The position numbers were made by a program, and so were the translations under genes. DNA of 64,000 bases from Shigella phage PSD9. Below are positions 18,047 to 28,411 of the stretch, piece after piece. Location of the stretch: the sequence record MZ561532; one strand, written 5' to 3'. The first letter of the stretch is position 1. Each line of letters opens with the position of its first letter. Below the pieces are notes generated by a model. That model did no database searches, was not told the origin of the DNA, and was given only the letters and a program-made list of their open reading frames with translations.

Positions 18047-20758
18047 TTAAAAGTCGAACATATCAAATAATGTTGCTTTTTTCTCGTAGTCGATTTTAGC
18101 AGACTCAGTAAAACCGGTCAGAGGTTTGATAAAGGTCTTTTGGAACAGTACGTTGTAGTCCATCCAACGGAGGACTTGGTCACGAATCTGAACCGGAAGT
18201 TCAATACCTGACGGCCATGCCATACAAGCTTCACCAAACGGGTTGCCTTCTTTAAGTGGCAGTACATATACCTTTTCACCATCAACGATACGAGGCATAG
18301 TCAAATCACCTGCAGAAGCACGCATGTAAGCTAAGCAACCTTTGATGTGGTATGGACATTTAGAACCCGGGAATCCACCTTCATTATATTTCTCGATGTT
18401 GTTAGCACTGGATACTGCTGCAATGCTTACATAATCGAGTTCGTTAAATTCCTTATTAAACTGTTTGAAATATTCTTGCAAAGATGCCTCGCCTTCCTGA
18501 AGCATACGACGGATACATTCCTTCAGAGCTTTCTGAACTGCTTTAGGTGTACTTGATTTCTGAGTTTCGAGACCCATGATTTTCAAGTGTGGTTCAGCAT
18601 AACGAGTACCTTCCATGTCCCAAACGTTAAGTGCATAACGTTTCTTGCCTGTCCAGAATCCACCAAGGCCTTTAGAACCAAGTGGAGGACCTGCGATAGC
18701 TTCTCGGTCCATGAACATCAAGTGTTGTTTGTTGTTCATGTATTCGCACATCTCACGGAAGCCTGCATCAATAGCTGGTTCCATACGTTCACGTGCAAAT
18801 TTATCTAAGAAGTCGACCCAGTGGTTAGTATCACGGAATTTATCTTCGCCTACTTTATTGATGATTGCATCTGCCTTAACATAAATGGAGTCAGTATCAC
18901 CGTAGAGCACGAACTTCTGGTTTTCAGTCTTACACACACTATTCAGATATTCGTTAACCTTACGTTCAATCCATTGGAGGGCCATTTGACCAAACAATGT
19001 GATTGCAGTTGCGTTCCTGAGGTCATAGTAACGGAACCATACGTTACCAAGTGCACCATAAAGGGAGTTGATAAGCAACTTACGGTTAATCTGAGCAGTG
19101 TTACCTGCAACTTCAGTGAGCTCGGCTTTCTTCAACATTTCTCTTAAAGAAGGCGCTGACAGTGCTTTAATCTGGGCTTTGATTTCGTCAGAGAAGTCAA
19201 AACGATAATCGATATCCAGTGGACTATCAACTGAGAGATTAGGATTTTCCAATGCTTCTTTAATTAACTCGCCATTACGTTGAGCTGCAAGCATGTAACC
19301 TTTATGTTCTTTACGCTGCAAGAATACCTTTGTGATTTCTGTCGGAATCACACCTTCACGGTCTTTATAATACATCATGCCGTTAGGAGAGCAACTGTAG
19401 GTGTCGCTAGGACGCGGAGCTGTTCCGGCAATATATTCATGTATCGGTGCGTTAGCGAATGTCCCTGCGATGGTCTCTGGGCTTATATTCACTTGTCGAA
19501 TGATACTCGGATACAGAGATGTAAGGTCGAAACTCATTACATATTTGTAAGCGTTAGGAATCGGTTCCTTAACGAAAGCACCAGGATAAGGTTGGACCAC
19601 GTGTGAGCGAGCTTGTGGAATTACCTTGCCTTGTTCTTTAAGGCTATTAAAGATAATAGCGTCCCAAGTCTTAATTGGGCTGAACACCGACTGAATCTGC
19701 ATCTTGGCATAATAACCCATGTCCAAACTCAGAAGAATGAACTGACGCTTCATATCAATCTGCACTACACGATATACGTCGATAATGTTATAGGAAATAT
19801 ATCGTTGGTGGTTCGTCTCACGTAACTTAGAGATTGGACCATCATATTTCAACTTACCCACTTTCAATTCATATTCAGAAACATAATCCAGAGAATAAGA
19901 AGGCTGGTTGGTGAAGCTGAATTTTTTATAGAGGTCGATATAATCCAGAACAGAGATACCGAACAATGTAATGATTTCACGAGCACCGTACATGTTCTCA
20001 ATAACTTTAACACGAGTTTTACGATGTGGGCTTAATCGCTTAGCAGTGTTCTCACCGAACAGATTTTTCAGACGGTTATAAACGTACGGTACGTCAAACG
20101 ACTCAACGTTCCATCCAGTCAAAATCACAGGAGTTTTCTGTTGCCAGAAATTCAAGTACTCAAGCATCATTTCTTCTTCAGAATTAAACGGAAGATAAAC
20201 GATTTTGTCAATGATTTCCTGTGGAACTTCGTCACCGCCTTCGTCTTGGAGTTTCTCAGCGATTTTAATCGACCACTCTTCGACAGTACCATAAGGCGAA
20301 ACTAAAAGGTCGAATACATAGAATTTATCGTCAATCGAGTCGTAGTGGGTAATGGCATCGATAGGATGTTTAGCCTGAGCTGGTTCAGGGAATCCATCAG
20401 GAGATGTTACCTCGATGTCGAAGTTAGCAATACGAATCTTAGAAGAATCATATCTGATTTCTTTACGATAGGTATCAGACAAATAGGCTAATTTATAGTC
20501 GTCCATACCCAGGGCTTCGAGACCCATATCGTCCATACGTTTCATCCATTGGGATGCATCACGCATAGAGTCGAATTCTTTCTTAACACAACCCTTACCA
20601 TAGATATCAATGTATTTTACGGCTTGCTCTGGATTAGCATGCATAAACATTGTAGGCTTGTAAGGAACTTCACGACTACGTTCGTTACCATTTTTATCGA
20701 TGTAACGTTCGAGAATATTATCACCGATTTGTTCGACTGTCAAATAGAATTCTTGCAT
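18047..20758 (-). CDS. 43: DNA polymerase gp43
   Basis: colinear with T4 gp43 over the full length (exo and pol motifs such as YGDTDS); start set to MQEFYL, matching the T4 N-terminus MKEFYI. Confidence 0.97.
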   Translation of the reverse strand: MQEFYLTVEQIGDNILERYIDKNGNERSREVPYKPTMFMHANPEQAVKYIDIYGKGCVKKEFDSMRDASQWMKRMDDMGLEALGMDDYKLAYLSDTYRKEIRYDSSKIRIANFDIEVTSPDGFPEPAQAKHPIDAITHYDSIDDKFYVFDLLVSPYGTVEEWSIKIAEKLQDEGGDEVPQEIIDKIVYLPFNSEEEMMLEYLNFWQQKTPVILTGWNVESFDVPYVYNRLKNLFGENTAKRLSPHRKTRVKVIENMYGAREIITLFGISVLDYIDLYKKFSFTNQPSYSLDYVSEYELKVGKLKYDGPISKLRETNHQRYISYNIIDVYRVVQIDMKRQFILLSLDMGYYAKMQIQSVFSPIKTWDAIIFNSLKEQGKVIPQARSHVVQPYPGAFVKEPIPNAYKYVMSFDLTSLYPSIIRQVNISPETIAGTFANAPIHEYIAGTAPRPSDTYSCSPNGMMYYKDREGVIPTEITKVFLQRKEHKGYMLAAQRNGELIKEALENPNLSVDSPLDIDYRFDFSDEIKAQIKALSAPSLREMLKKAELTEVAGNTAQINRKLLINSLYGALGNVWFRYYDLRNATAITLFGQMALQWIERKVNEYLNSVCKTENQKFVLYGDTDSIYVKADAIINKVGEDKFRDTNHWVDFLDKFARERMEPAIDAGFREMCEYMNNKQHLMFMDREAIAGPPLGSKGLGGFWTGKKRYALNVWDMEGTRYAEPHLKIMGLETQKSSTPKAVQKALKECIRRMLQEGEASLQEYFKQFNKEFNELDYVSIAAVSSANNIEKYNEGGFPGSKCPYHIKGCLAYMRASAGDLTMPRIVDGEKVYVLPLKEGNPFGEACMAWPSGIELPVQIRDQVLRWMDYNVLFQKTFIKPLTGFTESAKIDYEKKATLFDMFDF

Positions 20759-20814
20759 TTCATTTCCTTTATAGACGAGTGATTGTCTTTTGTTTGTTGA
20801 TGAATCATTATACT

Positions 20815-20837
20815 CCAAAAGGGACCGAAGTCCCTTT
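20815..20837 (-). terminator. hairpin (terminator or gene 43 leader structure)
   Basis: gggac-cgaa-gtccc stem followed by T-run on minus strand, between regA operon and gene 43. Confidence 0.5.
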
Positions 20838-20839
20838 GC

Positions 20840-21055
20840 TTAAATTTCTATTGTAAAACGTTTAATGGATGGATTGCCATATTCGTCTTTAGTTCTAATC
20901 ATAACCTGGAAGACTTGCTGTCCGGGATGTAATAACTTATGGAGGTCCTTTTGAAATTCTATTTGGAGCTCTTCGGAAAGGTCAAAAACAGTTTGAGTTG
21001 GAGAAAGTCCGTATACCTCTTTAAGACGTTCACATGTTTCAATTTCAAGAATCAT
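20840..21055 (-). CDS. hypothetical protein (about 71 aa)
   Basis: ORF between regA and 43, absent from T4 as I recall it; start taken at the ATG adjoining the regA stop. Confidence 0.35.
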   Translation of the reverse strand: MILEIETCERLKEVYGLSPTQTVFDLSEELQIEFQKDLHKLLHPGQQVFQVMIRTKDEYGNPSIKRFTIEI

Positions 21056-21056
21056 A

Positions 21057-21419
21057 TTAATTACCAATGGTGTACTTAGACAGTAGTTCCCAGTCATTTT
21101 TCTGCTTAAAGGAAATGACACGGAAGTTATTGGTGATTTCGAACAGTTCAGAGTCGTCTACGATATCAATCAGTCCCCACTCCTTAAGAAGCTGGGCAAT
21201 TGAATCACGACGTTGGTAGTCTTCACCATCGATATCAACTTGGCGGCCATCCATACGCAACATCTCTTTAAAGTGGACGATATAGTATAGCCCTTGCTTT
21301 TGCAGAATGTGGCAGGATTGATATAGTTTCTTTTCTTTATTATTAGCGATACCCATACGAGTTAGGGTCTCTTTCACTTTCAAGAAGTCTTCAGGTTGTT
21401 TCAGAGTAATTTCAATCAT
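21057..21419 (-). CDS. regA: translational repressor RegA
   Basis: almost identical to T4 RegA (MIEITLK.PEDFLKVKETLTRMGIANNK ... TNNFRVISFKQK). Confidence 0.95.
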   Translation of the reverse strand: MIEITLKQPEDFLKVKETLTRMGIANNKEKKLYQSCHILQKQGLYYIVHFKEMLRMDGRQVDIDGEDYQRRDSIAQLLKEWGLIDIVDDSELFEITNNFRVISFKQKNDWELLSKYTIGN

Positions 21420-21425
21420 TTTAAT

Positions 21426-21998
21426 TTACCATTCCAATGCTTTCTTTTTCAAGTCTTTTTGTTCTTTAACATTTTTAGTTACGGATTTCAGGAACTCGTC
21501 AGTAACCAGCCCTTTCATCTTCTTAAGAACCGCTGGAAGATGTCCTTTAATTTTATAAGTCTCGAGATAACGATAAGCGTCATCATTATTAATTGAATGG
21601 TATTTCATCAATAAACGAGTAATAAAAACTACACTAACTTCATCATCATGGGCCTTAGCCCATTTACCAAATCTCTTACCCTTAGGAACTGTGTGTAAAA
21701 GATAGTTGAAATGACTTTGGTCATCAAGTTTCAAACAGTTAACCATTGCAGCTTGCATAATGCAATCCACATGTTGGCTCAAACTATTATCGAGCCAAAA
21801 TTGATTATAGTTTTCCGATTGAGCCAGGTTACGTTGGTTCTTACCATACGTGATATCGTTCATAATAGCGAACAGTTCGTTTTCAGCCTTTTCTTTAAAT
21901 GAATCGGCCAAGGCTTGAATTGCAGCGTCATTACGTGATTTCCAAGCAACTTCATGTTCGTTCAGTTCGACGTCATCATCAAAAAGACTTATAGCCAT
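21426..21998 (-). CDS. 62: clamp loader small subunit gp62
   Basis: matches T4 gp62 (ADSFKEKAENE ... GKWAK ... LKGLVTD.FLK.VTKNVKEQK.LKK.ALEW). Confidence 0.9.
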   Translation of the reverse strand: MAISLFDDDVELNEHEVAWKSRNDAAIQALADSFKEKAENELFAIMNDITYGKNQRNLAQSENYNQFWLDNSLSQHVDCIMQAAMVNCLKLDDQSHFNYLLHTVPKGKRFGKWAKAHDDEVSVVFITRLLMKYHSINNDDAYRYLETYKIKGHLPAVLKKMKGLVTDEFLKSVTKNVKEQKDLKKKALEW

Positions 21999-22948
21999 TG
22001 GAGCTCCAGAGCAAGTTGGATGAACAGATAAGTCATGTGAATTTCTGGGTTAGCCGCAATACCATGGTATTGGTTATTTTCACCGACAATTTCGTACATT
22101 CTAACAATGCTTGGCCCAGGCAATTTACCATAGAGTTCGTTAGCCAGCGACATAATAAAGTTGGAATAATCGTTGACATGACGTGGAGCTAACGCACGGA
22201 GTTCTTTAAAGTTTTTATCTTTAAGTGCAGCCACTACTTCATCAATAGGCGAATTGGTATTCATTACAATACTCAAAATGCCTGTATCGATTTTACCACT
22301 GGATGAGTAACGGTCTAGTTGGTTAACTGTTTTACGGAAGTCAGGAAAGTTTTGTTTAACTAAGGCAGCAATAACTTTAAGGTCTTCGACTTCGATATTT
22401 TCGTTTTTACAGATTGCTACAGCACGATGAATCATTTCTTTCATCATGGATGTTTGGTCGGCCGGAGTGGCTTCACCAAATTTAATAACACGACAACGGG
22501 ATTGAAGTGGGCCGATAATACCATCAATATTGTTTGCTGTAATAATTACAGAACAGTTTGAGGAATAGGCTTCTAAGAACGAACGAAGGTGACGTTGAGC
22601 TTCAGCAACACCGGCGCGGTCGAATTCGTCGATAACAATTACCTTACGCTTACCTTCGATAGATTTAGAAGATGCAAAACGAGTAAGTTCATTACGAACG
22701 AAATCAATACGGCAGTCAGAACCGTTAACAAACAGCATATCTGAATTTGTATCAGCACACAATGCTTTAGCTACGGTAGTTTTACCTGTGCCTGGTGAAG
22801 CAGAGACTAGGATAATGTTAGGGATTAGACCCTTATTAACAATGGCTTGGAGGGTTTCTTTATCATGCGCAGGCAGAATACACTCAGATAAAGTACCTGG
22901 ACGATATTTCTGTTCCCACATGAATTCATTATTGTTTACTGTAAGCAT
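21989..22948 (-). CDS. 44: clamp loader ATPase gp44
   Basis: 319 aa; Walker A SPGTGKTT, DEFD Walker B; T4 order 62-44-45. Confidence 0.9.
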   Translation of the reverse strand: MLTVNNNEFMWEQKYRPGTLSECILPAHDKETLQAIVNKGLIPNIILVSASPGTGKTTVAKALCADTNSDMLFVNGSDCRIDFVRNELTRFASSKSIEGKRKVIVIDEFDRAGVAEAQRHLRSFLEAYSSNCSVIITANNIDGIIGPLQSRCRVIKFGEATPADQTSMMKEMIHRAVAICKNENIEVEDLKVIAALVKQNFPDFRKTVNQLDRYSSSGKIDTGILSIVMNTNSPIDEVVAALKDKNFKELRALAPRHVNDYSNFIMSLANELYGKLPGPSIVRMYEIVGENNQYHGIAANPEIHMTYLFIQLALELQWL

Positions 22949-23009
22949 ATTAATTTCCTCAGGTTTGTTTTTACATTATACTCCAAGGGAGGAATTTCCT
23001 CCCTATGCT

Positions 23010-23708
23010 TTAGAACGAGTGGCTTGAGCCTGCTTCCATAGCCAATACATAAGAAGCTTGTGAACCTTCAAACTTGGCTGCGAAACGAGCGTCCTGGCCT
23101 TCACCACGGGCCCATAACAATACATGGTAATCGGCAGGCATCATTTTCATATTAGTTTTGTTGATAATGAATTTGAATTCAGGGCCATCATGGTCTGCAA
23201 CCACTAAGGAATACAATGGACGTGCCAGGTCCTTATCATCAACTTGTTTGTAGCCATTGATTACAATTTTACCATTGTCTACAGTAATAGCAAATGTATC
23301 AATACTCAGTCCAGAGGACACACGCATCAACTGTTGGTAATCTTCGGCTTTAAGGTCAAAAATAACTTCAGCCACCGGGAACGGAATAGCTTTGCTTGGG
23401 AATGCAATTGTACTTGGGTCGGCAATAGGCCACTTAATAGTTGAACGTTGGTCTTTAATAATTAGAGTGGTTTGGTCTTCACTTACCGAAACTTCAGCAC
23501 TTTCAGATACCAATGACAGAATACTTAAGAAGCCGTTCAAATCATAGATTGCGGCTTCGATATCAAAGGTATCACTTACAGTAGCTTCACCATAACTTGC
23601 ACCCGTTACTGAACGAGTTAGAATAGTGTTACCAGGCTTAAGCATGATACCTGGGTTAATACTGGAGAAGTTTTTCAGAATGTTCAGAGTTTCTTTAGAG
23701 AATTTCAT
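23010..23708 (-). CDS. 45: sliding clamp gp45
   Basis: 232 aa ORF upstream of gene 44, as in T4 (228 aa); positional plus size. Confidence 0.85.
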   Translation of the reverse strand: MKFSKETLNILKNFSSINPGIMLKPGNTILTRSVTGASYGEATVSDTFDIEAAIYDLNGFLSILSLVSESAEVSVSEDQTTLIIKDQRSTIKWPIADPSTIAFPSKAIPFPVAEVIFDLKAEDYQQLMRVSSGLSIDTFAITVDNGKIVINGYKQVDDKDLARPLYSLVVADHDGPEFKFIINKTNMKMMPADYHVLLWARGEGQDARFAAKFEGSQASYVLAMEAGSSHSF

Positions 23709-23736
23709 AATGTTTCCTTATCAAGTCAAAAATTAA

Positions 23737-24150
23737 TTAAGCAATAACGATCATTTGTTTACGAATGGATTCAGGCAGAGATTCAATATACTCTGGAATC
23801 TGGGAAGCAACAATAGCACCGGCTTCAAGCAGTTGTTCGTCAAAATCTACGCAATAATCATCTTCGAGACGTTCAGAACCATCACGGTCGATAACCAGTT
23901 TAGCACCTGCGGCCAATGAATCATTATAATGGCGACGCATAATTTCTACCCACTTATCAGATACGTCGTTATCAATGATACCGTAGAGCATGAACTTAGT
24001 TTCTTGTGGAAGAGACTGCAGACGACGTGCAGAGTCGGTATCAATATTCAGTACCCATGATTTACGGATACGGTTTTGATTATGTGGGTTGGAATCAGTA
24101 CGAATGGTTTTAACTTGGATATCTTTAACAGTAATAGCGTTAGCAAACAT
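23737..24150 (-). CDS. rpbA: RpbA-like protein (positional)
   Basis: ORF at the T4 rpbA position between 45 and 46; start adjusted to ATG after RBS; no motif check possible. Confidence 0.35.
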   Translation of the reverse strand: MFANAITVKDIQVKTIRTDSNPHNQNRIRKSWVLNIDTDSARRLQSLPQETKFMLYGIIDNDVSDKWVEIMRRHYNDSLAAGAKLVIDRDGSERLEDDYCVDFDEQLLEAGAIVASQIPEYIESLPESIRKQMIVIA

Positions 24151-24210
24151 AATATTTTCTCTCATTTGGTTGGTAGATGTATTATAAATCAATATTTTAA
24201 AGCACTTAAT

Positions 24211-24402
24211 TTAATCAAAGTATTCATAAACGAACCAGGCAGGATTCCTGTTCGACATGATTCTATCATACTCTGACTTAAAAGCATTTCGGAGATAATC
24301 TTCAGTAACAAGATGTTCGTCTCCAGAGAAGTTATTAACTAAAACATACCGCTTTAGTTCAGGAACGGCCAACAAATGCTGGCCTGTTATAAAATCACTC
24401 AT
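24211..24402 (-). CDS. hypothetical protein (63 aa)
   Basis: minus-strand ORF overlapping the gene 46 stop. Confidence 0.4.
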   Translation of the reverse strand: MSDFITGQHLLAVPELKRYVLVNNFSGDEHLVTEDYLRNAFKSEYDRIMSNRNPAWFVYEYFD

Positions 24403-26081
24403 TCCATCACCGTGAATCGTCCAACTTTCTTCATTTGAAGATGTTGGCCATAAGCTTGTGGGTCATGGTCTCGGTGAGAGATAATGAACACGTTCGTATC
24501 CTCAAGGCTATTCAAGATGGTTGCAATGGTCTTAACGCCTTCAGCGTCAGTAGCACTGTCAAATACCTCATCAAGAATTAACGTGCTGATATTAACACCT
24601 GATACCTTAGAAGCAATATCGCGCCATGTAAAAAGTAGTGCGATATCAATACGTGCTTTCTCACCCTGTGAAAATGAAGCATAACTAAAGTCTTCACGTC
24701 CACGTGATTTAATCGTCTCATTGAACTCTTCGTCTAGTGTAAAGACGTAGTCCGCTTCCATAATCTTCAAATAAGAATTTATCTGCTTATTAAAGATAGG
24801 AATGTATTTCTTAATAATGGAACCTTTAATACCGGTATCCTTCAACATTTCTGTTAGAATTCCACGATGATATTTTTCCATTACCAATGTGGATTTGGTA
24901 GAGACGATTTTATCAAGCTCTGCTTGAAGCGCGGCAATCTCTTCGGCATTACTTACGAACTCAGCAGCTGCTTGGTCGATTAATACTTTAACTTTTTTAG
25001 CTTTCTCTACGGCAGTAATGGCTTGTTGCTTATGAGTAGCTATCTGAGATTTAATAGCCAGCGCTTTATTACGTTGTTCGGTTACTTGGTCCTTAATGAG
25101 CTTGAGTTCTTGGTACTGTTCGTTAATCTTATCCAAAGATTTTTGAAGCTCAAAGTTCTTATCCTTAATTTTAGTAAGGATATTTCCATGCTCTTCCAGT
25201 CCTTGCATACATGTAGGACAACTACCACCGGTTTCGTATAATTTCACGACCTTAGTAAAGGTTGCCATATCATTCTTGATTGCAAATCCTTTATTGCTCA
25301 GGTCACTCATAGAGTTGCTAGGGTCATCATCGACGATGACATTGAGTAATTCATCAGTCAGTTTTTCTATATTGCCCTTCGCAGTCCTGGCTTCTTTAAC
25401 TAGCTCGTCATACATTACTTGTAGACGTGCTGCGTTCTCGCCGGATAATTTACGCTGACGTTCTTCGTTGTCATTATAAATTTTAATCTGTTGGGTAATA
25501 GAATCCTGTTTAACGTCGATTACTTGGATTTGGCTATTAGTCTCACGAATCAAAGATTTGTTCAACTTATCCATATCCGCTAATACAGAAACCTCTAAAA
25601 GGTCTTCCACCAGCTTTCGACGCGCTGGGGTTGACAAACCCATGAAAGGGGTATACCCTGCCGTGCCAAGAACGACAATCTGTTTGAAGCTTGCATAGGA
25701 CATTCCGATAAGCTGTTCAAATTCTGCTTGGAAGTCTTTACTGCTGGCAGATTCATCAAGACGTTCACCGCCACAAGAGATTTCAAAAATATTGGGTTTT
25801 TGCCCGCGCTTGATATAGTATTCTTTGCCATCATATTCCATCCACAGTTCGACCAAAAGGTCTTTCTTATTACTTGAGTTAATCAACTGCCCTTTCTTAA
25901 CATCACGAAAAGGCTTACCGAACAGAGCAAATGTAACGGCTTCAAGGAACGTAGATTTACCAGCGCCGTTTTTACCGGTGACTAAGGTCTTTTGGACCTT
26001 ATCAAGTTGGATTGTAATAGGTTGCTGGCCTACCGACATAATATTTTTATACGTTACTTTCTTTAACTTAAAAGTCTTCAT
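24399..26081 (-). CDS. 46: recombination nuclease subunit gp46 (Rad50/SbcC-like)
   Basis: colinear with T4 gp46 (MKTFKLKKVTYKNIMSVGQ ... GKNGAGKST ... ILDEVFD ...); start set to MKTFKL. Confidence 0.95.
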   Translation of the reverse strand: MKTFKLKKVTYKNIMSVGQQPITIQLDKVQKTLVTGKNGAGKSTFLEAVTFALFGKPFRDVKKGQLINSSNKKDLLVELWMEYDGKEYYIKRGQKPNIFEISCGGERLDESASSKDFQAEFEQLIGMSYASFKQIVVLGTAGYTPFMGLSTPARRKLVEDLLEVSVLADMDKLNKSLIRETNSQIQVIDVKQDSITQQIKIYNDNEERQRKLSGENAARLQVMYDELVKEARTAKGNIEKLTDELLNVIVDDDPSNSMSDLSNKGFAIKNDMATFTKVVKLYETGGSCPTCMQGLEEHGNILTKIKDKNFELQKSLDKINEQYQELKLIKDQVTEQRNKALAIKSQIATHKQQAITAVEKAKKVKVLIDQAAAEFVSNAEEIAALQAELDKIVSTKSTLVMEKYHRGILTEMLKDTGIKGSIIKKYIPIFNKQINSYLKIMEADYVFTLDEEFNETIKSRGREDFSYASFSQGEKARIDIALLFTWRDIASKVSGVNISTLILDEVFDSATDAEGVKTIATILNSLEDTNVFIISHRDHDPQAYGQHLQMKKVGRFTVME

Positions 26082-26331
26082 CGTTATAAGCATCCTTGAT
26101 GCATGATTCGGCCATATGGATTAATGTTTCTGGAGTATCATCTACCATTACATTAAAGCTAAATTCCACAGCCCAATCAGTAGCAACATAAACTTTAATA
26201 AGCTCGTTGGTGTCGCGAGTGCTCACGGCTTCAAACCAGAACTTAATGATATTCGTTTGGTTATCGTCATCAATAACGATGCAGTCGTGTTCTAGTTCAA
26301 GGCCTGATTTTTTGAATTCATCTAAAGTCAT
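26068..26331 (-). CDS. hypothetical protein (87 aa)
   Basis: small acidic ORF between 47 and 46. Confidence 0.45.
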   Translation of the reverse strand: MTLDEFKKSGLELEHDCIVIDDDNQTNIIKFWFEAVSTRDTNELIKVYVATDWAVEFSFNVMVDDTPETLIHMAESCIKDAYNDEDF

Positions 26332-27350
26332 CGTGTAACCTCATTATAAAGTTGTGCGGCCATAGTCTTAAGGGCTTTAACATCGTCTTCAGTGTGGCCA
26401 TCAGGAAGGGCATCGATATAATCATACATCATATCCAAGAGGGACTTAACTTCATCTTCCTCTTCAGAATCATCGATATCAACACTGTTATCTACCTTAG
26501 ACACAATACGTAAAGAGTGAACAACCTTTTCAAGTTCAGATTCGAACTTGGTAAGCCCGTCATCAATTTTATCGACTATAACACGAACCGCAATATTTGT
26601 AAAATCTTTGTAATCGATAGTCGCATTCGGATAATGAATCTTACGATGCCAACAAGTTTCATTGATGATGAAATCCATTTTATGGGTTTCTGTATCGAAA
26701 ATCCAGAAGCCACGAGGGTCGTTCTCATCACCTGCAGTCAGGGTCCATGGCGTACCAATATACTTGACGTTTGCTGCATCAGAAATGGTGTGGAAGTGAC
26801 CAGACCATACTTGCTTATACTTCTTAAGGAAATCAGGTTCTAAACCATGTGATTTCATTCCTTTATAGAAATAGAAACCATTTAATTCCCAGTGGCCAAT
26901 GCAGAAATCTGCTGTAGTATTTTTGATATGGTCCATGATATCGGTCGTGTTTTCTTCACACATCCATGGAATCAAATCAATTTCGGTGCCATCAAAGTTA
27001 ACAGTAGTAGGTTTCTCGTAAACAGTAAAATTTTCATACTGAGTAAGAAGTTCAGAAACCGCATTAGGAGTTATGCTATTTTTAAACGTTGCATCATGGT
27101 TACCAATTATAACATGGACTTTAATACCTGCATCGCTGATAATTTCCACCAGACCACGATTAAATTCCATACATTTATGGGTGATAGCCTTGCGTACATC
27201 GAACCAATCACCATATTGAATCCATGTATCAATATTGTTTGCTTTAGAATATTCTACAGCCTGTTTAATACCGTTAAGCTGGATTTCCTGAATCCAAGGG
27301 TCATCGGCTTTTACTCCGATATGCAAATCACCTATATTCAAAATTTTCAT
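26328..27350 (-). CDS. 47: recombination nuclease subunit gp47 (Mre11/SbcD-like)
   Basis: calcineurin-like phosphoesterase motifs (GDLHIG ... GNHD ... GHWE ... GHFH); 340 aa. Confidence 0.9.
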   Translation of the reverse strand: MKILNIGDLHIGVKADDPWIQEIQLNGIKQAVEYSKANNIDTWIQYGDWFDVRKAITHKCMEFNRGLVEIISDAGIKVHVIIGNHDATFKNSITPNAVSELLTQYENFTVYEKPTTVNFDGTEIDLIPWMCEENTTDIMDHIKNTTADFCIGHWELNGFYFYKGMKSHGLEPDFLKKYKQVWSGHFHTISDAANVKYIGTPWTLTAGDENDPRGFWIFDTETHKMDFIINETCWHRKIHYPNATIDYKDFTNIAVRVIVDKIDDGLTKFESELEKVVHSLRIVSKVDNSVDIDDSEEEDEVKSLLDMMYDYIDALPDGHTEDDVKALKTMAAQLYNEVTR

Positions 27351-27404
27351 AATCTACCTTTATAATGTATTTCATAGATTCATTTTATCATCCAAATATA
27401 AAGC

Positions 27405-27426
27405 AAAAAAGGAGCCTAAGCTCCTT
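27405..27426 (-). terminator. intrinsic terminator hairpin
   Basis: ggagc-ctaa-gctcc stem plus T-run on minus strand. Confidence 0.55.
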
Positions 27427-27647
27427 TACCAACTAATACACCGTACAGAGGTTCGTGATTAGACCTGAACTTGATAGGCTTATAGGTAATAGTACCTTCA
27501 TTTTCTGCTTTAATACGAGCGGCTTCAAATTGAAGTATCATCTCATTTTTGTCAGATTTAATCTTATCAAAATCCATCGAATTCGTCATTCATACAACCT
27601 CTTAAACTTTTTCGTATTCGTCTTTCATTAGCCGCCTGTCCACGTTA

Positions 27648-27848
27648 TCATCGTTGCCACCATTTCTTAAGTTGATGAGAATCTACCCAAACCTTGGCTA
27701 CGGGCTCAATCCGAAAAATTCCATCGGAATACTGGCCGACCATTTTATATTCGGTTTCGGACTGCTTAATACAGATATTACCGTATGAGCGAAGTCTAAA
27801 GGCGGCTCCAATAAGAAGCCGTTTAAAGGGTTTATTTACTAGGGCCAT
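27648..27848 (-). CDS. hypothetical protein (66 aa)
   Basis: minus-strand ORF in the region where T4 carries alpha-gt. Confidence 0.35.
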   Translation of the reverse strand: MALVNKPFKRLLIGAAFRLRSYGNICIKQSETEYKMVGQYSDGIFRIEPVAKVWVDSHQLKKWWQR

Positions 27849-28143
27849 TGACGATTTCCCAAATTTGTTTGCGGGTAGATTCCCACATCAATTGAACAAG
27901 TTCATCAGTAACAGGTTGACGGTAAATACCACGTAATTTAATTAAAGCGTACTTATATGCTTCAAAGTTGTTTTCAAGTACAGCGCCTTGGGCATGGAGA
28001 TTTAAACGACGGATTTCACGAGCATTCTTCTTAAGAATCTTAGCCGCTTGAGAATTAGCTTCTTTAATATTGTGCTCTTCTAAACGTTGCTGGGCTTCTT
28101 CAATTTGCTCATCAGTCAATTGAGAAATGTCATGGCTTTGCAT
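27832..28143 (-). CDS. hypothetical protein (103 aa)
   Basis: minus-strand ORF. Confidence 0.45.
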   Translation of the reverse strand: MQSHDISQLTDEQIEEAQQRLEEHNIKEANSQAAKILKKNAREIRRLNLHAQGAVLENNFEAYKYALIKLRGIYRQPVTDELVQLMWESTRKQIWEIVNGPSK

Positions 28144-28144
28144 A

Positions 28145-28411
28145 TTAATCCTTTGGAGTCAATTCAATAGTGAAGTAGAAATTAGCGTTCTCAACATGAT
28201 AACGGTAATCTACGTTATTGTCAGGAGAAGTGAATTCAATATTCCTGACGTTAAGTGGGTCAATATCAATAGGAAGGCCTTTAACATCCCGTAATATCAA
28301 TTTAATAAAATAAGGGAGTGCTTCGAAGTCTTCCATTCCATCTAAAAGTGGAGTGATATTAATCTGATGTTCCATATAAAAAATCCAGTTCACCGACTTT
28401 AGGTTCGGCAC
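28145..28411 (-). CDS. hypothetical protein (88 aa)
   Basis: minus-strand ORF overlapping the gene 55 stop. Confidence 0.4.
   Translation of the reverse strand: MPNLKSVNWIFYMEHQINITPLLDGMEDFEALPYFIKLILRDVKGLPIDIDPLNVRNIEFTSPDNNVDYRYHVENANFYFTIELTPKD

Noticed and set aside
18347-20782. Series of plus-strand ORFs (60-108 aa) inside the DNA polymerase gene
   Set aside because: They lie antisense within a gene colinear with T4 gp43 and have no RBS or promoter signals; treated as chance ORFs.
20815-20837. Interpreting the hairpin upstream of gene 43 as the gp43 translational operator
   Set aside because: It lies about 60 nt upstream of the start codon rather than abutting the RBS, and has a T-run; more simply a terminator for the regA operon.
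25023-27365. Plus-strand ORFs overlapping genes 46 and 47
   Set aside because: Antisense to well-supported conserved genes; no translation signals seen.
27351-28358. Search for an alpha-glucosyltransferase gene between 47 and 55
   Set aside because: Only ORFs of 103 aa or less are present; nothing of about 400 aa that could be alpha-gt.
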